64,000 nt of DNA, taken from Candidatus Binatia bacterium. Lineage in GTDB: Bacteria > Desulfobacterota > Binatia > UBA9968 > JAJDTQ01. The position numbers and the translations under genes are program-made. The notes beneath the pieces are model-generated. The model ran no database searches. It saw only the letters and a list, made by a program, of their open reading frames with translations, and was not told the DNA's origin. Each line of letters starts with the position of its first letter. Within the stretch, counting starts at the first letter, position 1. The stretch covers positions 4,224,001 to 4,288,000 of the forward strand of contig OY762897.2 in the NCBI GenBank assembly GCA_963666515.2, given 5' to 3'. Shown here one piece after another: positions 18,820-28,896 of this stretch.

Positions 18820-19863
18820 TCACTGTTTCGGGACCAGGATGCTCCTCAGCCTCTTCATAAGCTCGGCGTCGAGCTGGAAGAACTCGTTCACCGCCTCGGC
18901 GACCCGGGGGCCCGGAATGGGATTGATGATGAGCCTGGACTTCTTCGCCTCGGCCAGCAGCTCCGGGTCCTTGAAGGTGTCGGCGAAGGCCTTGCGCAGG
19001 AGTTCCACGCGGTCCTTGGGCGTGCCCGGAGGCAGCGAGAAGGCCCGCAGTATCTCGTGAGCATTGCGGCCCACCACGCCCGCCAACTGCCGTTGAGCGT
19101 CGTTCTTGGCGTATTCCAGGAGGTTCGGGACGTTGGAGAAGCTGGGGTGTCTTCCGACGCCCACCTGGATCACGAAGTTCAACTCGCCCGCGGGGATCTG
19201 CTTCGGCCAGTACGAGAAGATGACGTCGGGGCTCCAGCAACCGCCCATGACCTCGCGTTTCTCGATGGCCAGACGGATCCTGGCGGCCCCGCCGTAGCCC
19301 TCGATCAGTTGGAGGGGGACCCCGGTTATGTTTACGAGCAGCCTGGGAATGTCCGAGATGGAGCTGCCCGGCCCCATGCCGCCGAGCTTGAGCGGCTTCT
19401 TGGCGGCGAGCCACTCGTCCATGCTGGTGATGCCGCTGTCCCTGGCCACGATGCACGCCGTGTAGCTCGGCTTGGGGACGGTGATCCACTCGAACTTCCG
19501 GGCGTCGAACTGGACCCGCTTGTTCCCCAGCACCTGCTGCAGCACCAGCGTCCCCACCCAGTGGCCGATGGTGAGGCCGTCCGGCTTGGCCTTGTTGTAC
19601 ATGTAGTTGGCGGCGATGAGGTTCCCGGCCCCGGTCATGCTGGTCACCAGGGTCCTGGGAGTCCCCGGAATGTGCTTGGGGAGATGCCGCGCCACCAGCC
19701 GCGCGTAGGTATCGAAGCCGCCTCCAGGAGCCGAGCCCACGATGATGCGGATGGTCTTGCCCTTGTAGAAGTCCGCGGCGGGGGCCGCGGCGGCGGACAT
19801 GGCAACCAGGGCAATGCCCGCGGCGAGGGCAATTCGGAGCACGGACGGGGGATTCGGTCTCAT
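18820..19863 (-). CDS. Tripartite tricarboxylate transporter substrate-binding protein (TctC/Bug)
   Basis: Signal peptide, then YKGKTIRIIVGSAPGGGFDTYAR, AKPDGLTIG and PPGTPKDRV. Confidence 0.9.
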   Translation of the reverse strand: MRPNPPSVLRIALAAGIALVAMSAAAAPAADFYKGKTIRIIVGSAPGGGFDTYARLVARHLPKHIPGTPRTLVTSMTGAGNLIAANYMYNKAKPDGLTIGHWVGTLVLQQVLGNKRVQFDARKFEWITVPKPSYTACIVARDSGITSMDEWLAAKKPLKLGGMGPGSSISDIPRLLVNITGVPLQLIEGYGGAARIRLAIEKREVMGGCWSPDVIFSYWPKQIPAGELNFVIQVGVGRHPSFSNVPNLLEYAKNDAQRQLAGVVGRNAHEILRAFSLPPGTPKDRVELLRKAFADTFKDPELLAEAKKSRLIINPIPGPRVAEAVNEFFQLDAELMKRLRSILVPKQ

Positions 19864-19949
19864 GGTCTTTCCTCCTTTGGGAACGCAACGGTCTGGAATG
19901 GCCAAGCGGTTGGAGCAGCTTCGCAGCCGGTTTGTCCGGCACCGGCAAC

Positions 19950-20519
19950 CTACGGTTTGTCCCGCATCACCAGCCGGCAATGCACGGCCTCCGCCAAAAG
20001 ATCGGTGATCAGGAACGCCTCCATGAGGTCGCGGCCGCGTGCGACCGTGCCGTGGCCTTGCAGAATTACCACCGGGTGCCGGCGCAGTTCCTCGGCCACC
20101 GGCGCCGGGTCCGTGACCGTCGGGCCGTCGTGGGGAATCACCGGCACGCGGCCCAGACTATACTCCTCTTCGAAGCTCAACGGTACGAATTCGCTCCGGT
20201 CCCGGCAGTAGGCGATGATCTCCGGCGGATGGACGTGGACCACCGCCCGGGCGTCCGTGGCCTCGTACACGGCCAGGTGCAGCGGCGTTTCGCTCGAAGG
20301 GCTCTGCTTCGGGTTCACGGCGTTTCCCCGGCCGTCGATCTCCACGACGTCCCTCGCCGTCATGAACCCCAGTGCGGCGTGCGAACCGGTGATCAGATAC
20401 CGGCTCCGGCCGAAACGGCAACTGACGTTGCCGCCCCAACCGCTCACCAGACGGCGATCGAACAGCCTCTGGCCCCATTTGATGATCTCCGCACGCGACC
20501 CTTTCGAACGTTCCGCCAT
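19950..20519 (-). CDS. Class II aldolase/adducin family protein
   Basis: Motifs GGNVSCR, PSSETPLHLAVY, VHVHP and LQGHG. Confidence 0.9.
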   Translation of the reverse strand: MAERSKGSRAEIIKWGQRLFDRRLVSGWGGNVSCRFGRSRYLITGSHAALGFMTARDVVEIDGRGNAVNPKQSPSSETPLHLAVYEATDARAVVHVHPPEIIAYCRDRSEFVPLSFEEEYSLGRVPVIPHDGPTVTDPAPVAEELRRHPVVILQGHGTVARGRDLMEAFLITDLLAEAVHCRLVMRDKP

Positions 20520-20575
20520 GAATCGACCGTCCCGCCTCTTCTAGTACGAAAGCCGGCGGTTCGCCAAACAGCCGG

Positions 20576-21352
20576 TTACAGCCACTCCACCGCCTTGAGG
20601 GCGATCTCGCCGATCCGTTCCTCGGCCTCCAGGAACGACGGATGGCGGAAGCCCAGCCTGCCGGTGAGGCATTCGTCCGAGACCGCCAGGATCGCCCCGG
20701 CCCTGGCGTTCCTGAACTGGGCCACGGTCAGGAACGCCGCGGTCACCATGTCGATGGCGGTGATCTGCCGCCGTTCCAGGTCCGCCAGCAGCTCCGGCGT
20801 CTCCCGGAACAGCGCGTCGGTGGTGAACACCTGGCCATGGTGGACGGGCGCCTTGAGGCTGTCGGCCGCGCGTGCGAGAGCCTCCACCACGCAGGGGTGA
20901 GGGAGGGTGGCGGGTTGGTTGGGAGTCCGGGCAGTAGCGAAGTCTGCGGGAGCAGAACCCTCGGGCACGTAACGCGGGCTGGCGCCGTCGCCGCCAACCG
21001 CGCCGGTCGCGATGACGATGTCGCCGACCTTCACCTCGTGCCGGAGCGAGCCGCAGCTCCCCACACGCACCAGCGTCTCCACGCCTCCGGCGCACAGCAG
21101 TTCCGTGGTGATGGCCGTATCCGCCGAGTAGCGCCCGCCGTTGCCCACGGTGATGCGGCGGGCGCCCAACGCGCCCGTGTGCATCTCGTAGTCCTGGAAG
21201 GCGAGGGTCTTGCGCGGCTCCCCCAGCGCGCGCTGCAGCTTGGCGGCCCGGTCGCGCGGACCGGGGACCAGCGCCACCTTGCCGAAGGCGCCGGGTTCCA
21301 CCCCCAGCCTGGACAACAGTTTCTCCGCGGTGAAATGGGGCTCGCTTCTCAT
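20576..21352 (-). CDS. Nucleoside phosphorylase (PNP/UDP family 1)
   Basis: Motifs LVPGPRDRA, VRVGSCGSL, FTTDALFRET, IDMVTA and ILAVSD. ATGA overlap with addA. Confidence 0.85.
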   Translation of the reverse strand: MRSEPHFTAEKLLSRLGVEPGAFGKVALVPGPRDRAAKLQRALGEPRKTLAFQDYEMHTGALGARRITVGNGGRYSADTAITTELLCAGGVETLVRVGSCGSLRHEVKVGDIVIATGAVGGDGASPRYVPEGSAPADFATARTPNQPATLPHPCVVEALARAADSLKAPVHHGQVFTTDALFRETPELLADLERRQITAIDMVTAAFLTVAQFRNARAGAILAVSDECLTGRLGFRHPSFLEAEERIGEIALKAVEWL

Positions 21353-24300
21353 GGATTCGCGCCGCCGATCTCGGGAGGCACGTCCACCGCGCGGCCCAGC
21401 CGCAGAAGGATCAGTCTGAACGCGGCCACGTCCCGGTCCAGGCCGCGCCTCACGGCCTCGGTGTAGACCCGCGCCTGGTGGCGGTAGTCGTGCATGACTC
21501 CCGCGATGTCGTCGTCGGTCACCCGGTCGGTCTTGTAGTCGGCCACGTAGAGCCGCCCCTGCCGCTCGTAGACCAGGTCGATGACGCCCTCCATGATCCG
21601 GCCGTCCCAGGGCAGGACGAAGGGCATCTCCCGGCCCAGGATACGGGCGCTCCGCAACTCATCGTAGAGCGGAGAGTTCGTCAGGGTGGCCCAGATGGCT
21701 TTCAGCTCGTGGACCACCGTCTCTCTCTGCGGCGCCGGCAGCTCGGGTGCGTGGCGTGCGATGGCTTCATCGAGGTCTTCCCCGATCCGTTGTGTGTGGA
21801 AGTCCCAGTGTTCGAGCACCTTGTGGGTCAGCTCTCCCAGTATCAGCGCGGTGTCCCGCTGGGGACTCGCGTCGTGTCCCGGACCGTTATCGCGTCTTGC
21901 GCCGCCCTTCTTGCGTCCGTAGTCCGTGTCGCGTCCCAGGCCGCCGGCGCGCCGAGCCTCGGTCCTCTCGCTCTCTGCCGCCTCGCCGGCGGCCTTGAGC
22001 CGCGTGGGCGTGAGGAAGATCGGGGTTCGGCTGTGCGCTTCGTGCTCCTCCATCCGGCGGCGCCACAGTTCCTCGTACCAGGACCAGTCGGCGGTGTCCG
22101 GCGGGGGCGCCGGCGCGAGGCCGCGGTGCTCGTCCGCCGCCTGATCTTCCTCCACCACCTCCACCTCCATCTCTCCCATACCGCACGCGATCGCGGGCGG
22201 AACCGCATGGGCAAGGGCGCCGCCGGTCGCCTCGTCGATCATCGACGCCATGCTGTCGCCGTCCTGCCGTCTTTGGGCAAAGGAAAACACGAGTTGCTGA
22301 CGCGGGCGGGTCATGGCCACGTACAGCAGGCGGCGGCGCTCGTGCTTCTCCCGCTCGCGCTGCTTCGCGCGGAGGAATACGCCGGGCAGGCTCCACAGGT
22401 CATCGATGCAGAGCCCCACAAGACCCGTGGCCCAGTCCTGCCGTACTTCCACGGCCGAGGACGGTCTCCTGTTCACTCCGGCCAGGGAATCCGGCAGCAC
22501 CACCACGGGAAACTCCAGGCCCTTGGCCCGGTGGATGCTCATGATCCGTACCGCGTCCGGGGTCTCTTCCTCCATGGCGTTCTCGGACTCGTCCTCCTCG
22601 TCCCGGACCCGGCGCTCCAACTCGGCCACCACGTCCTTGAGGGTGCCGCTGCCGTCCGCGCCCGCATCCCGGGCCACCAGCCGCACCTTCTCCAGGTTGG
22701 CGACGGCCTGCTCGCCCGATGTCCCGCTCGCCGCCAGCACCGACAGCGGCAGTTCCCTGAAGACCCGCTCCACCGCCTTTCCGGCTTCCAGGAAGCGCAC
22801 CTCGCGGTGCAGCCGGAGGAGACGTTGATAGAGGTCCATCACGCTTCCGGGCAGGTCCACCCACCGCTCGTCCGACGCCGAGCGGTAGTCCAGCAGGCGT
22901 TGCCGGTCGAGGGCGAATATCTCGGCGTCGTCATATCCGCCCACGGGCGAGCGGAGCACTCCCACCAGCGCCAGCCGGTCGTGGGGGTTGTCCACCGCCC
23001 GGAGCAGGTTGACGGCGTCCACCACTACCTGGGCGGCGTAGAAGTCCCGCTCGCCTTCCACCACGTAGCCGATGCCGCGCCGTCGCAATGCTTCCAGGTA
23101 GACCTGCACGTTGCTCAGGGCGCGCATGAGGAAGGCGACGTGACCGGGCTCCATCCGCACTTGGCCGCCCGTCCGGTGGTCGAAGAAGGTGCGCCCCAGC
23201 ACCTCCTCGTCGAGCCAGCGCGCCAGCGACTCGGCCTCCACCCGGCGCGCAGCCTCCGCGCTCAGCACGCCGTCCGGGGCGGTCACCCGGCGCACGCGCA
23301 CCGGGCTTCGGTCCGGCTCCGCGCTGTCGAGACCCGGCTGGAGGGGAATGTATCCGGGCTGAAGGCCGGGTTCTTCCCGGATCAGGCGCTCGAAGGCGCC
23401 GTTGACCACGTCCAGGATCCGGGGGTCGCTGCGGAAGTTTGCGGTCAGCCGGTATTCGCGTCCGTCCTGGGCCTCGATCATCTCTTTGACGACCTTCAGG
23501 TAGGCTGCCATGTCGGCGCCCCGGAACCCGTAGATGGACTGCTTGGGATCTCCCACCACGAACAGCTTGCCGGCGGCGAGGCGGATGTCGCGCCAGTTCG
23601 CGGCCCGCTGGGAACGCTCCTCGCACAGCCACAGAAGGATCTCGTACTGGAGCGGGTCGGTGTCCTGGAATTCGTCCACCAGGATGGCCTTGAAGCGTGC
23701 CTTCAACTCCTCCCGGATGCGCGGGTGGTCGCGCAGCAGATCCCGCGCCCGCACCAACAGTCCGTCGAAGGTCACCAGGCCGCCCCGGGCGAAGTCCTCG
23801 CGGAACCGCCGGGCGAACGGCGCCAGCAAGGCGCAAAGCCGGCCGACCTCCTCGGCGTCCACCCGGGCAAGCGCGCGCGCATCCCTCACCAGGTCCCGTG
23901 CGGCATCGAAGTCCTCCGGGGCCCAGTCCCGCGGCGCCGACAGCCCCCGCAGGAGCCTCGACTCCTCGTCATCCACCGAGGCGCCGCCGGCGCGAGCGGA
24001 CCGTATCGCCTTGCGCGCCACGGCCAGCGCCCGCTCGATCTTCCGTTGCTTCGGGTAACGCGCGATGAGATCGGCTGCGGTCTCATCCAGCTCGCCCAAC
24101 CACCTTCCGATGGCGCCGTCCGCGTCGTCCCGCGCTCCTGCGCCGGTGCGGGGGCGGCTCTCAGGCCCACCCGTGGCGCCGCTCGGATCTACCGGCGTGC
24201 CCGCGCGTTCGAGCCCGTCCAGGTCCACGTTTTCGGCGCAAAGAGCCAGCGCAAGCTCACGCAGCCGTTCCAGCGGGAACCGGCTCAGGAGCCGTTTCCA

Positions 24301-24837
24301 CTCCGCCGTCCGGGGACCCGTGCCCGACAGCTCCTCGTCGAGCCACAACCCCCAGCCGGCGCCGAAGCGCCTCCTGAGGAGGTTGCCGTCGTCTTCCCGG
24401 AACTGCGGATCCAGTCCGGCCTCCAGCGGATAGAGCCGCAACAGCGAGCCGGCGAAGCTGTGGATGGTGCCGATCTGCGCCCGCTCCAGGTGCTGCAACG
24501 CTTTCCCGGCCCGGTCACGGACGTCCTCCAGGGTGACGGCATAGCGCCCACGGAGGGCGTCGGCCTCATCAGGTTCGGAGTCGATACCGTGCCCGGCCAG
24601 CGTTTCCAGCCGGTCCCGCAGGCGCGCCTTCATCTCGTTGGCGGCCTTGTTGGTGAAGGTGAGGGCCACCAGTTCCGTCATCTGCACCGGGTCGGGCTCG
24701 CGCATCAGCAGGTTCACGCACCGCTCCACCAGGAGGGTCGTCTTGCCGGTGCCCGCTCCCGCGGTCACCACCACGTTGCGGTCGAAGGTCGTGGTAGCCA
24801 GCCGGCGCTGCTGCTCGTCTGCGGGAGGTTGCCTCAT
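21349..24837 (-). CDS. addA: AddA-like UvrD helicase/nuclease
   Basis: Motifs AGAGTGKT, TFTNKAA, VDEFQDT, VGDPKQSIYGFRGA, IHRAKGLEF and YVAMTR. C-terminal nuclease GVIDL...ADYKT. Confidence 0.9.
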   Translation of the reverse strand: MRQPPADEQQRRLATTTFDRNVVVTAGAGTGKTTLLVERCVNLLMREPDPVQMTELVALTFTNKAANEMKARLRDRLETLAGHGIDSEPDEADALRGRYAVTLEDVRDRAGKALQHLERAQIGTIHSFAGSLLRLYPLEAGLDPQFREDDGNLLRRRFGAGWGLWLDEELSGTGPRTAEWKRLLSRFPLERLRELALALCAENVDLDGLERAGTPVDPSGATGGPESRPRTGAGARDDADGAIGRWLGELDETAADLIARYPKQRKIERALAVARKAIRSARAGGASVDDEESRLLRGLSAPRDWAPEDFDAARDLVRDARALARVDAEEVGRLCALLAPFARRFREDFARGGLVTFDGLLVRARDLLRDHPRIREELKARFKAILVDEFQDTDPLQYEILLWLCEERSQRAANWRDIRLAAGKLFVVGDPKQSIYGFRGADMAAYLKVVKEMIEAQDGREYRLTANFRSDPRILDVVNGAFERLIREEPGLQPGYIPLQPGLDSAEPDRSPVRVRRVTAPDGVLSAEAARRVEAESLARWLDEEVLGRTFFDHRTGGQVRMEPGHVAFLMRALSNVQVYLEALRRRGIGYVVEGERDFYAAQVVVDAVNLLRAVDNPHDRLALVGVLRSPVGGYDDAEIFALDRQRLLDYRSASDERWVDLPGSVMDLYQRLLRLHREVRFLEAGKAVERVFRELPLSVLAASGTSGEQAVANLEKVRLVARDAGADGSGTLKDVVAELERRVRDEEDESENAMEEETPDAVRIMSIHRAKGLEFPVVVLPDSLAGVNRRPSSAVEVRQDWATGLVGLCIDDLWSLPGVFLRAKQREREKHERRRLLYVAMTRPRQQLVFSFAQRRQDGDSMASMIDEATGGALAHAVPPAIACGMGEMEVEVVEEDQAADEHRGLAPAPPPDTADWSWYEELWRRRMEEHEAHSRTPIFLTPTRLKAAGEAAESERTEARRAGGLGRDTDYGRKKGGARRDNGPGHDASPQRDTALILGELTHKVLEHWDFHTQRIGEDLDEAIARHAPELPAPQRETVVHELKAIWATLTNSPLYDELRSARILGREMPFVLPWDGRIMEGVIDLVYERQGRLYVADYKTDRVTDDDIAGVMHDYRHQARVYTEAVRRGLDRDVAAFRLILLRLGRAVDVPPEIGGANP

Positions 24838-24895
24838 CAGGTTCGGCTCTTCGTCCGGTATCGCGTCCCGTCAATCGACGTATGGCGTCCGCAAG

Positions 24896-27800
24896 TCAGT
24901 TCCTGGCCTTGCGCATCCGCGCCAGCGTTTCCGCGGCCGGATGACGCGCGGCCCGGAGCGCGGAAGGGAAGTGGTCCTTGCGGCAGATCTCCGATACCTC
25001 GCAATAGCTGCAGTATTTGCCGGGCATGATGAAGAACTCCCCGTCGCGGATGCCCCGAAGGAACCGCGCCACCGCGTCGCGGATGCGTTCGCCGGAACGT
25101 TCCCGCATGGTCGGGGCGGAGAATTCGCAACGGGCCAGGGGGCCGTCGTCCCAGCGCCGCGCGAGGAAGTACAGGGCCGCTTCCACGGCGGTGTCCGGCG
25201 ATGCGCCCCTGGCGCAGGCGTGCTCGGCGGCCAGCAGCACGTAGAGGGGCAACTGCAGCTTCTGCCCGCGCACCGCCGCCAGCACCGGACGCATGTCCTC
25301 CGTCTGAGGGTTCCGGCCGGTCTTGTACTTGTAGTCGACGACCCGGTAGCGGCCGTCCCGGTCGTTGCAGTCCACGCGGTCCAGGCGGCCGTGCACCGGC
25401 AGGTCCCGGAGGTCTTCGGGCCAGTCCGCGTCGAGACGCGCGGTCAGCTCCATTTCGAGGTCCACGGGGCGGAAGCCCGATTGCGTCATCTCGTCCCGGT
25501 CCGCCCGGACCACCTCCTGCAGCATGCCGGCCAGCTCTTCCCGGGCCGTTTCCCAGGCCGCGGGGTAGCCGGTGGGACAGTGCTCTTCGAACGCGGACAG
25601 GACCTCGGCCGCGGCGCCGTCGAGCCACGCGCTCCAGCCGTCCCCCCAGGCGCGGTCGGCGTCCTGGTAGAACCGCTGCAGGATCTCGTGGCAGATCTGC
25701 CCCCATTCCAGGGCCTGGACCGGCTCCGCGGCCTCCGGCCGCTCCAGCCGTTCCAGCCGGAGCACGCGGCGGGCGTAGTACTGGAAGGGGCAGCGGCCGT
25801 AGGCCTCCAGCGTGGTGGGAGAGACGCCGTCCTCCAGGATCTTGTTCCACACCTCTCCGAGGGGACCGGTGACGCCGTCCAGCGCCCCCGGTGCTCCCGC
25901 GCCGTCCTCCAGCGCGCGGACCGCGGCGGCGCTCCTCCGGAAACTCTCCGAGGAGGCGCCGCTCATGCGCACCAGCGGGGTCGGGTCCCGTCCTCCCAGC
26001 GCCTGCCGCACCGCCAGCTCCTCCGGCAGGAGCCACCGGGGGTCGTCGAACGGCGGGACGCGTTGCTTGCCGAGAACGCTCTTGGGAATCGCGCCGGCGT
26101 CCATGCCGCGGCTTTGCCCGCGGGAGCCTGCGTCCACCTCGCGGAGGTACCAGGACGGGGCCAGCGGCCGGCCGGCCGCGTCCGAGCGCTGGTAGCTGCA
26201 ATGGAGGCGGTCGGTGACCGAGCCCGAGAGCAGCGCGAACAGCAGCCTCTCCTCGTCGTAGCCCGCCAGCTTCGAGGAGATCTTGCAGCCCAGGTCGGTC
26301 TCCAGCACGCGCCGCGCGTGGTCCCGCAGGAACGGGTCCTCGCGGATGGTGCGCGGGAACACGCCCTCGTTCATGCCCACGAGGAACAGCGCCCGGAAGG
26401 GGATGCCGCGCGCCGACCCGGCGTCCATGACCTGGACGCCGGCCGCCACCTCACGGGCCGGCGGCGCCGAGGCCCGCTCCAGGCTCCTGCGCAGGGCGGC
26501 GGCGAACGTCTCCAAAGTCACCGTCGGGGTGATCGCCTCCAGGGCCGCCAGCCCGTCGAAGGTCTCGTCGATGGCTTGCGCCACGCCCGCGGCGGCTTCG
26601 TCCGATCCGGGGTTGAGGAAGCGGTCGATGACCGCGCGCCAGCGGGCCGCCAGGTCCGACCACGTGCCCTTTTCCGGCAGCGCGCTCAGTTGCTCGTGCA
26701 GGGCGTTGACGACCTTCAGGAGCGCGTCGACCTGCCACGGCGGGATGCGCAGGGGCCGGCCTTCCTCGTCGTGCATGAGGCTCAGCCGGAGGCCCTTGTC
26801 GAGGTAGCGCTCCAGGCGGCGCCATTCGCCCATGCCGCGGGTGATGCGCGACGCACGGGTGGCGACGTCCCACAGCTCGGGCCTGGGGTCGGCGCCCGGC
26901 CCCAGGACGGCCCGGAAGTTGAAGTCGTGGGACGACACGAGGTCGATGATCCCGGCGCGCGGGTAGTCCCGGACCGGCAGGTCCAGCAGCGTCAGCACGG
27001 CGCGGACCCGGTTGAAGCGACGGAGAGACTCGCGGGCCGGGGTGTGGAACGGGATCCCGTGTTCGGGAAAGATCTCCTGGATCCACGGCAGGTAGGGTTC
27101 CAGCGAGCGCGCCACGACCCCCACGCCATGGAAGTCGAACCCTTCCTCCTCCACCAGCCGGAGCACGCTCTTGGCCACGGTGAGGACCTCGTCCCTGGGC
27201 CCGGCGCAACTGGTGATGTCGCGGCGCGGTGAGGGTGCGGTGACGGGTTTCGCTCCGTCGTGGAGCAGGTCCGCCACTTCGTCCGCGCCGGCGAGGCCAC
27301 GGAGGTAACGGTCGTAGAAGTCCTGGGCGAAAGACCAGTACGGACGGCCTTGGGCCAGGGGATAGAAGAGGGTCAGGGGGTGGTTGCCCGCGACCGCCCG
27401 AAAGAGTTCCATCTGGCTCTGGGTCAGGTCGTAGAAGCCGTAGTAGTATACGCGTTCGAACTGCCCGAGATAGGCCGAGCCCGGCGCGTGCCGCGCCACC
27501 GCCGCGTCGAGGTCCTGGTGGTCCTGCGCCCGCCACTCCGGGAAGCGGCGCCTCACCTCCCGGTACAACTCGAAGAGGTCGCCCAGCGCGTTCCCGTCCC
27601 GGTCGCCGAACAGCCCCTCCCGCAGGGCCTCCAGCGCGGTCTCGGGGTCCACCATGCCGTCCTTGAGGTCGCGCAGGCTTTGCCACAGCGCGGAGCAGGC
27701 GCCGTCGTCCTCCAGCATCCGGGCGAACCTGCCGCGGGCCGGGATCACGCGCTTCAGGGACTCTTCCATGAAGGTCTCGTCCCTCAACGTCGGCGCCGCC

Positions 27801-28036
27801 GGGCCGGCCATCTCGTGGAACAGGTTCAGGCTGAGCTGGAAGAACGTGAGGACGTGGAAATTCAGCAGGGGAAGGCCGTGCTCGTGCGCCAGCAGGACCT
27901 TGACGCGCCGGCGCAGCGTCTCCGAGGGCACTACCAGCAGCAGCGGGGCCAGCGGGTCATGCTCCCGCCGCTGCCGGACCTCTTCCGCCAGCGCGTCTTC
28001 CAGGTAGGGGTGGTAGGGACCCAGGACGATCTTCAT
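24896..28036 (-). CDS. addB: AddB-like inactive helicase with PD-(D/E)XK nuclease and Fe-S cysteines
   Basis: Motifs GMNEGVFP, YGRCPFQYY, GRLDRVD...VDYK and CSYCEVSEIC. Lies upstream of addA. Confidence 0.85.
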   Translation of the reverse strand: MKIVLGPYHPYLEDALAEEVRQRREHDPLAPLLLVVPSETLRRRVKVLLAHEHGLPLLNFHVLTFFQLSLNLFHEMAGPAAPTLRDETFMEESLKRVIPARGRFARMLEDDGACSALWQSLRDLKDGMVDPETALEALREGLFGDRDGNALGDLFELYREVRRRFPEWRAQDHQDLDAAVARHAPGSAYLGQFERVYYYGFYDLTQSQMELFRAVAGNHPLTLFYPLAQGRPYWSFAQDFYDRYLRGLAGADEVADLLHDGAKPVTAPSPRRDITSCAGPRDEVLTVAKSVLRLVEEEGFDFHGVGVVARSLEPYLPWIQEIFPEHGIPFHTPARESLRRFNRVRAVLTLLDLPVRDYPRAGIIDLVSSHDFNFRAVLGPGADPRPELWDVATRASRITRGMGEWRRLERYLDKGLRLSLMHDEEGRPLRIPPWQVDALLKVVNALHEQLSALPEKGTWSDLAARWRAVIDRFLNPGSDEAAAGVAQAIDETFDGLAALEAITPTVTLETFAAALRRSLERASAPPAREVAAGVQVMDAGSARGIPFRALFLVGMNEGVFPRTIREDPFLRDHARRVLETDLGCKISSKLAGYDEERLLFALLSGSVTDRLHCSYQRSDAAGRPLAPSWYLREVDAGSRGQSRGMDAGAIPKSVLGKQRVPPFDDPRWLLPEELAVRQALGGRDPTPLVRMSGASSESFRRSAAAVRALEDGAGAPGALDGVTGPLGEVWNKILEDGVSPTTLEAYGRCPFQYYARRVLRLERLERPEAAEPVQALEWGQICHEILQRFYQDADRAWGDGWSAWLDGAAAEVLSAFEEHCPTGYPAAWETAREELAGMLQEVVRADRDEMTQSGFRPVDLEMELTARLDADWPEDLRDLPVHGRLDRVDCNDRDGRYRVVDYKYKTGRNPQTEDMRPVLAAVRGQKLQLPLYVLLAAEHACARGASPDTAVEAALYFLARRWDDGPLARCEFSAPTMRERSGERIRDAVARFLRGIRDGEFFIMPGKYCSYCEVSEICRKDHFPSALRAARHPAAETLARMRKARN

Positions 28037-28114
28037 GGGGTAGCGGGAATTGGCGCCCTTCGACTTCGCTCGAACAACGGGAATCTCCGGGAAATTTGGC
28101 AGACCCGGCGCGCG

Positions 28115-28144
28115 TTGCCAAGGTCAACCGGGCACTGTTAACCT
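28115..28144 (+). promoter_or_regulatory. Putative sigma70 promoter of MBL gene
   Basis: TTGCCA-18 nt-TAACCT with TG extension, 7 nt before GTG 28152. No RBS. Confidence 0.45.
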
Positions 28145-28151
28145 CAGCCGC

Positions 28152-28874
28152 GTGAGAGTCCACTTTCTCGGCTCCGGGGACGCCTTCGGCAGCGGCGGCA
28201 GAAACCAGACCGCGTACCTGCTGGAGGACGGCTCGCGCCTTCATCTCCTCGACTGCGGGCCTTCGACGCTGCCGGCCCTCAGGCGCGCCGGCCTCGACCC
28301 GGCGGACCTGGACGCGGTCATCCTGAGCCACCTGCACGGCGACCACTTCGGCGGCCTGCCCTTCTTCTTCATCCACTACCTGTACAACGAGCCCCGGAGC
28401 CGTCCGCTTGAGGTGGCCGGCCCTCCGGGCACCGAGGAGCGCGTGCGCGGTCTCATGACGCTCATGTACGGCGAGAAGGCTCTGCCGTTCGCGGTCTTTC
28501 CGGTGCTGGAGCCGGACACGGTCACCGTCGTGGCCGGGGCCGAGGTTCTGGCCTTCCGGGTGCCGCACCAGACCGATGCCGTCTCCCTCGGCCTGAGGGT
28601 CACGCTCGCGGGGCGCACCGTGCTCTTCTCCGGCGATTCAAGCTGGACGGACGAGTTCATCACCCACAGCCGGGGCGCGGACCTGTTCATCTGCGAGTGC
28701 TGCCACTACGATGTCCCGTCGCCATCGCACATGAGCTACATGGAGATCGCCGCGCGCCGGGAGCGCCTGGAGTGCGGGCAACTGATCCTCACGCACATGG
28801 GCGAGGAGATGCTGGCCCGGCGCGGGTCGCTGCCGGTGGAGACCGCGGAGGACGGACTGGTGGTGGAGCTTTGA
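28152..28874 (+). CDS. Metallo-beta-lactamase fold hydrolase (RNase Z-like)
   Basis: Motifs FLGSGDAFGSGGR, LDCG, SHLHGDHFGG, FSGD and LTHM. Confidence 0.88.
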   Translation: MRVHFLGSGDAFGSGGRNQTAYLLEDGSRLHLLDCGPSTLPALRRAGLDPADLDAVILSHLHGDHFGGLPFFFIHYLYNEPRSRPLEVAGPPGTEERVRGLMTLMYGEKALPFAVFPVLEPDTVTVVAGAEVLAFRVPHQTDAVSLGLRVTLAGRTVLFSGDSSWTDEFITHSRGADLFICECCHYDVPSPSHMSYMEIAARRERLECGQLILTHMGEEMLARRGSLPVETAEDGLVVEL

Positions 28875-28896
28875 AAGCCGGAAAGGGGGAAGTTGC

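Noticed and set aside
21478-27232. Very long + strand ORFs (1183 aa and 864 aa)
   Set aside because: Antisense shadows of addA/addB, caused by stop-codon scarcity in high-GC DNA. No recognisable motifs.
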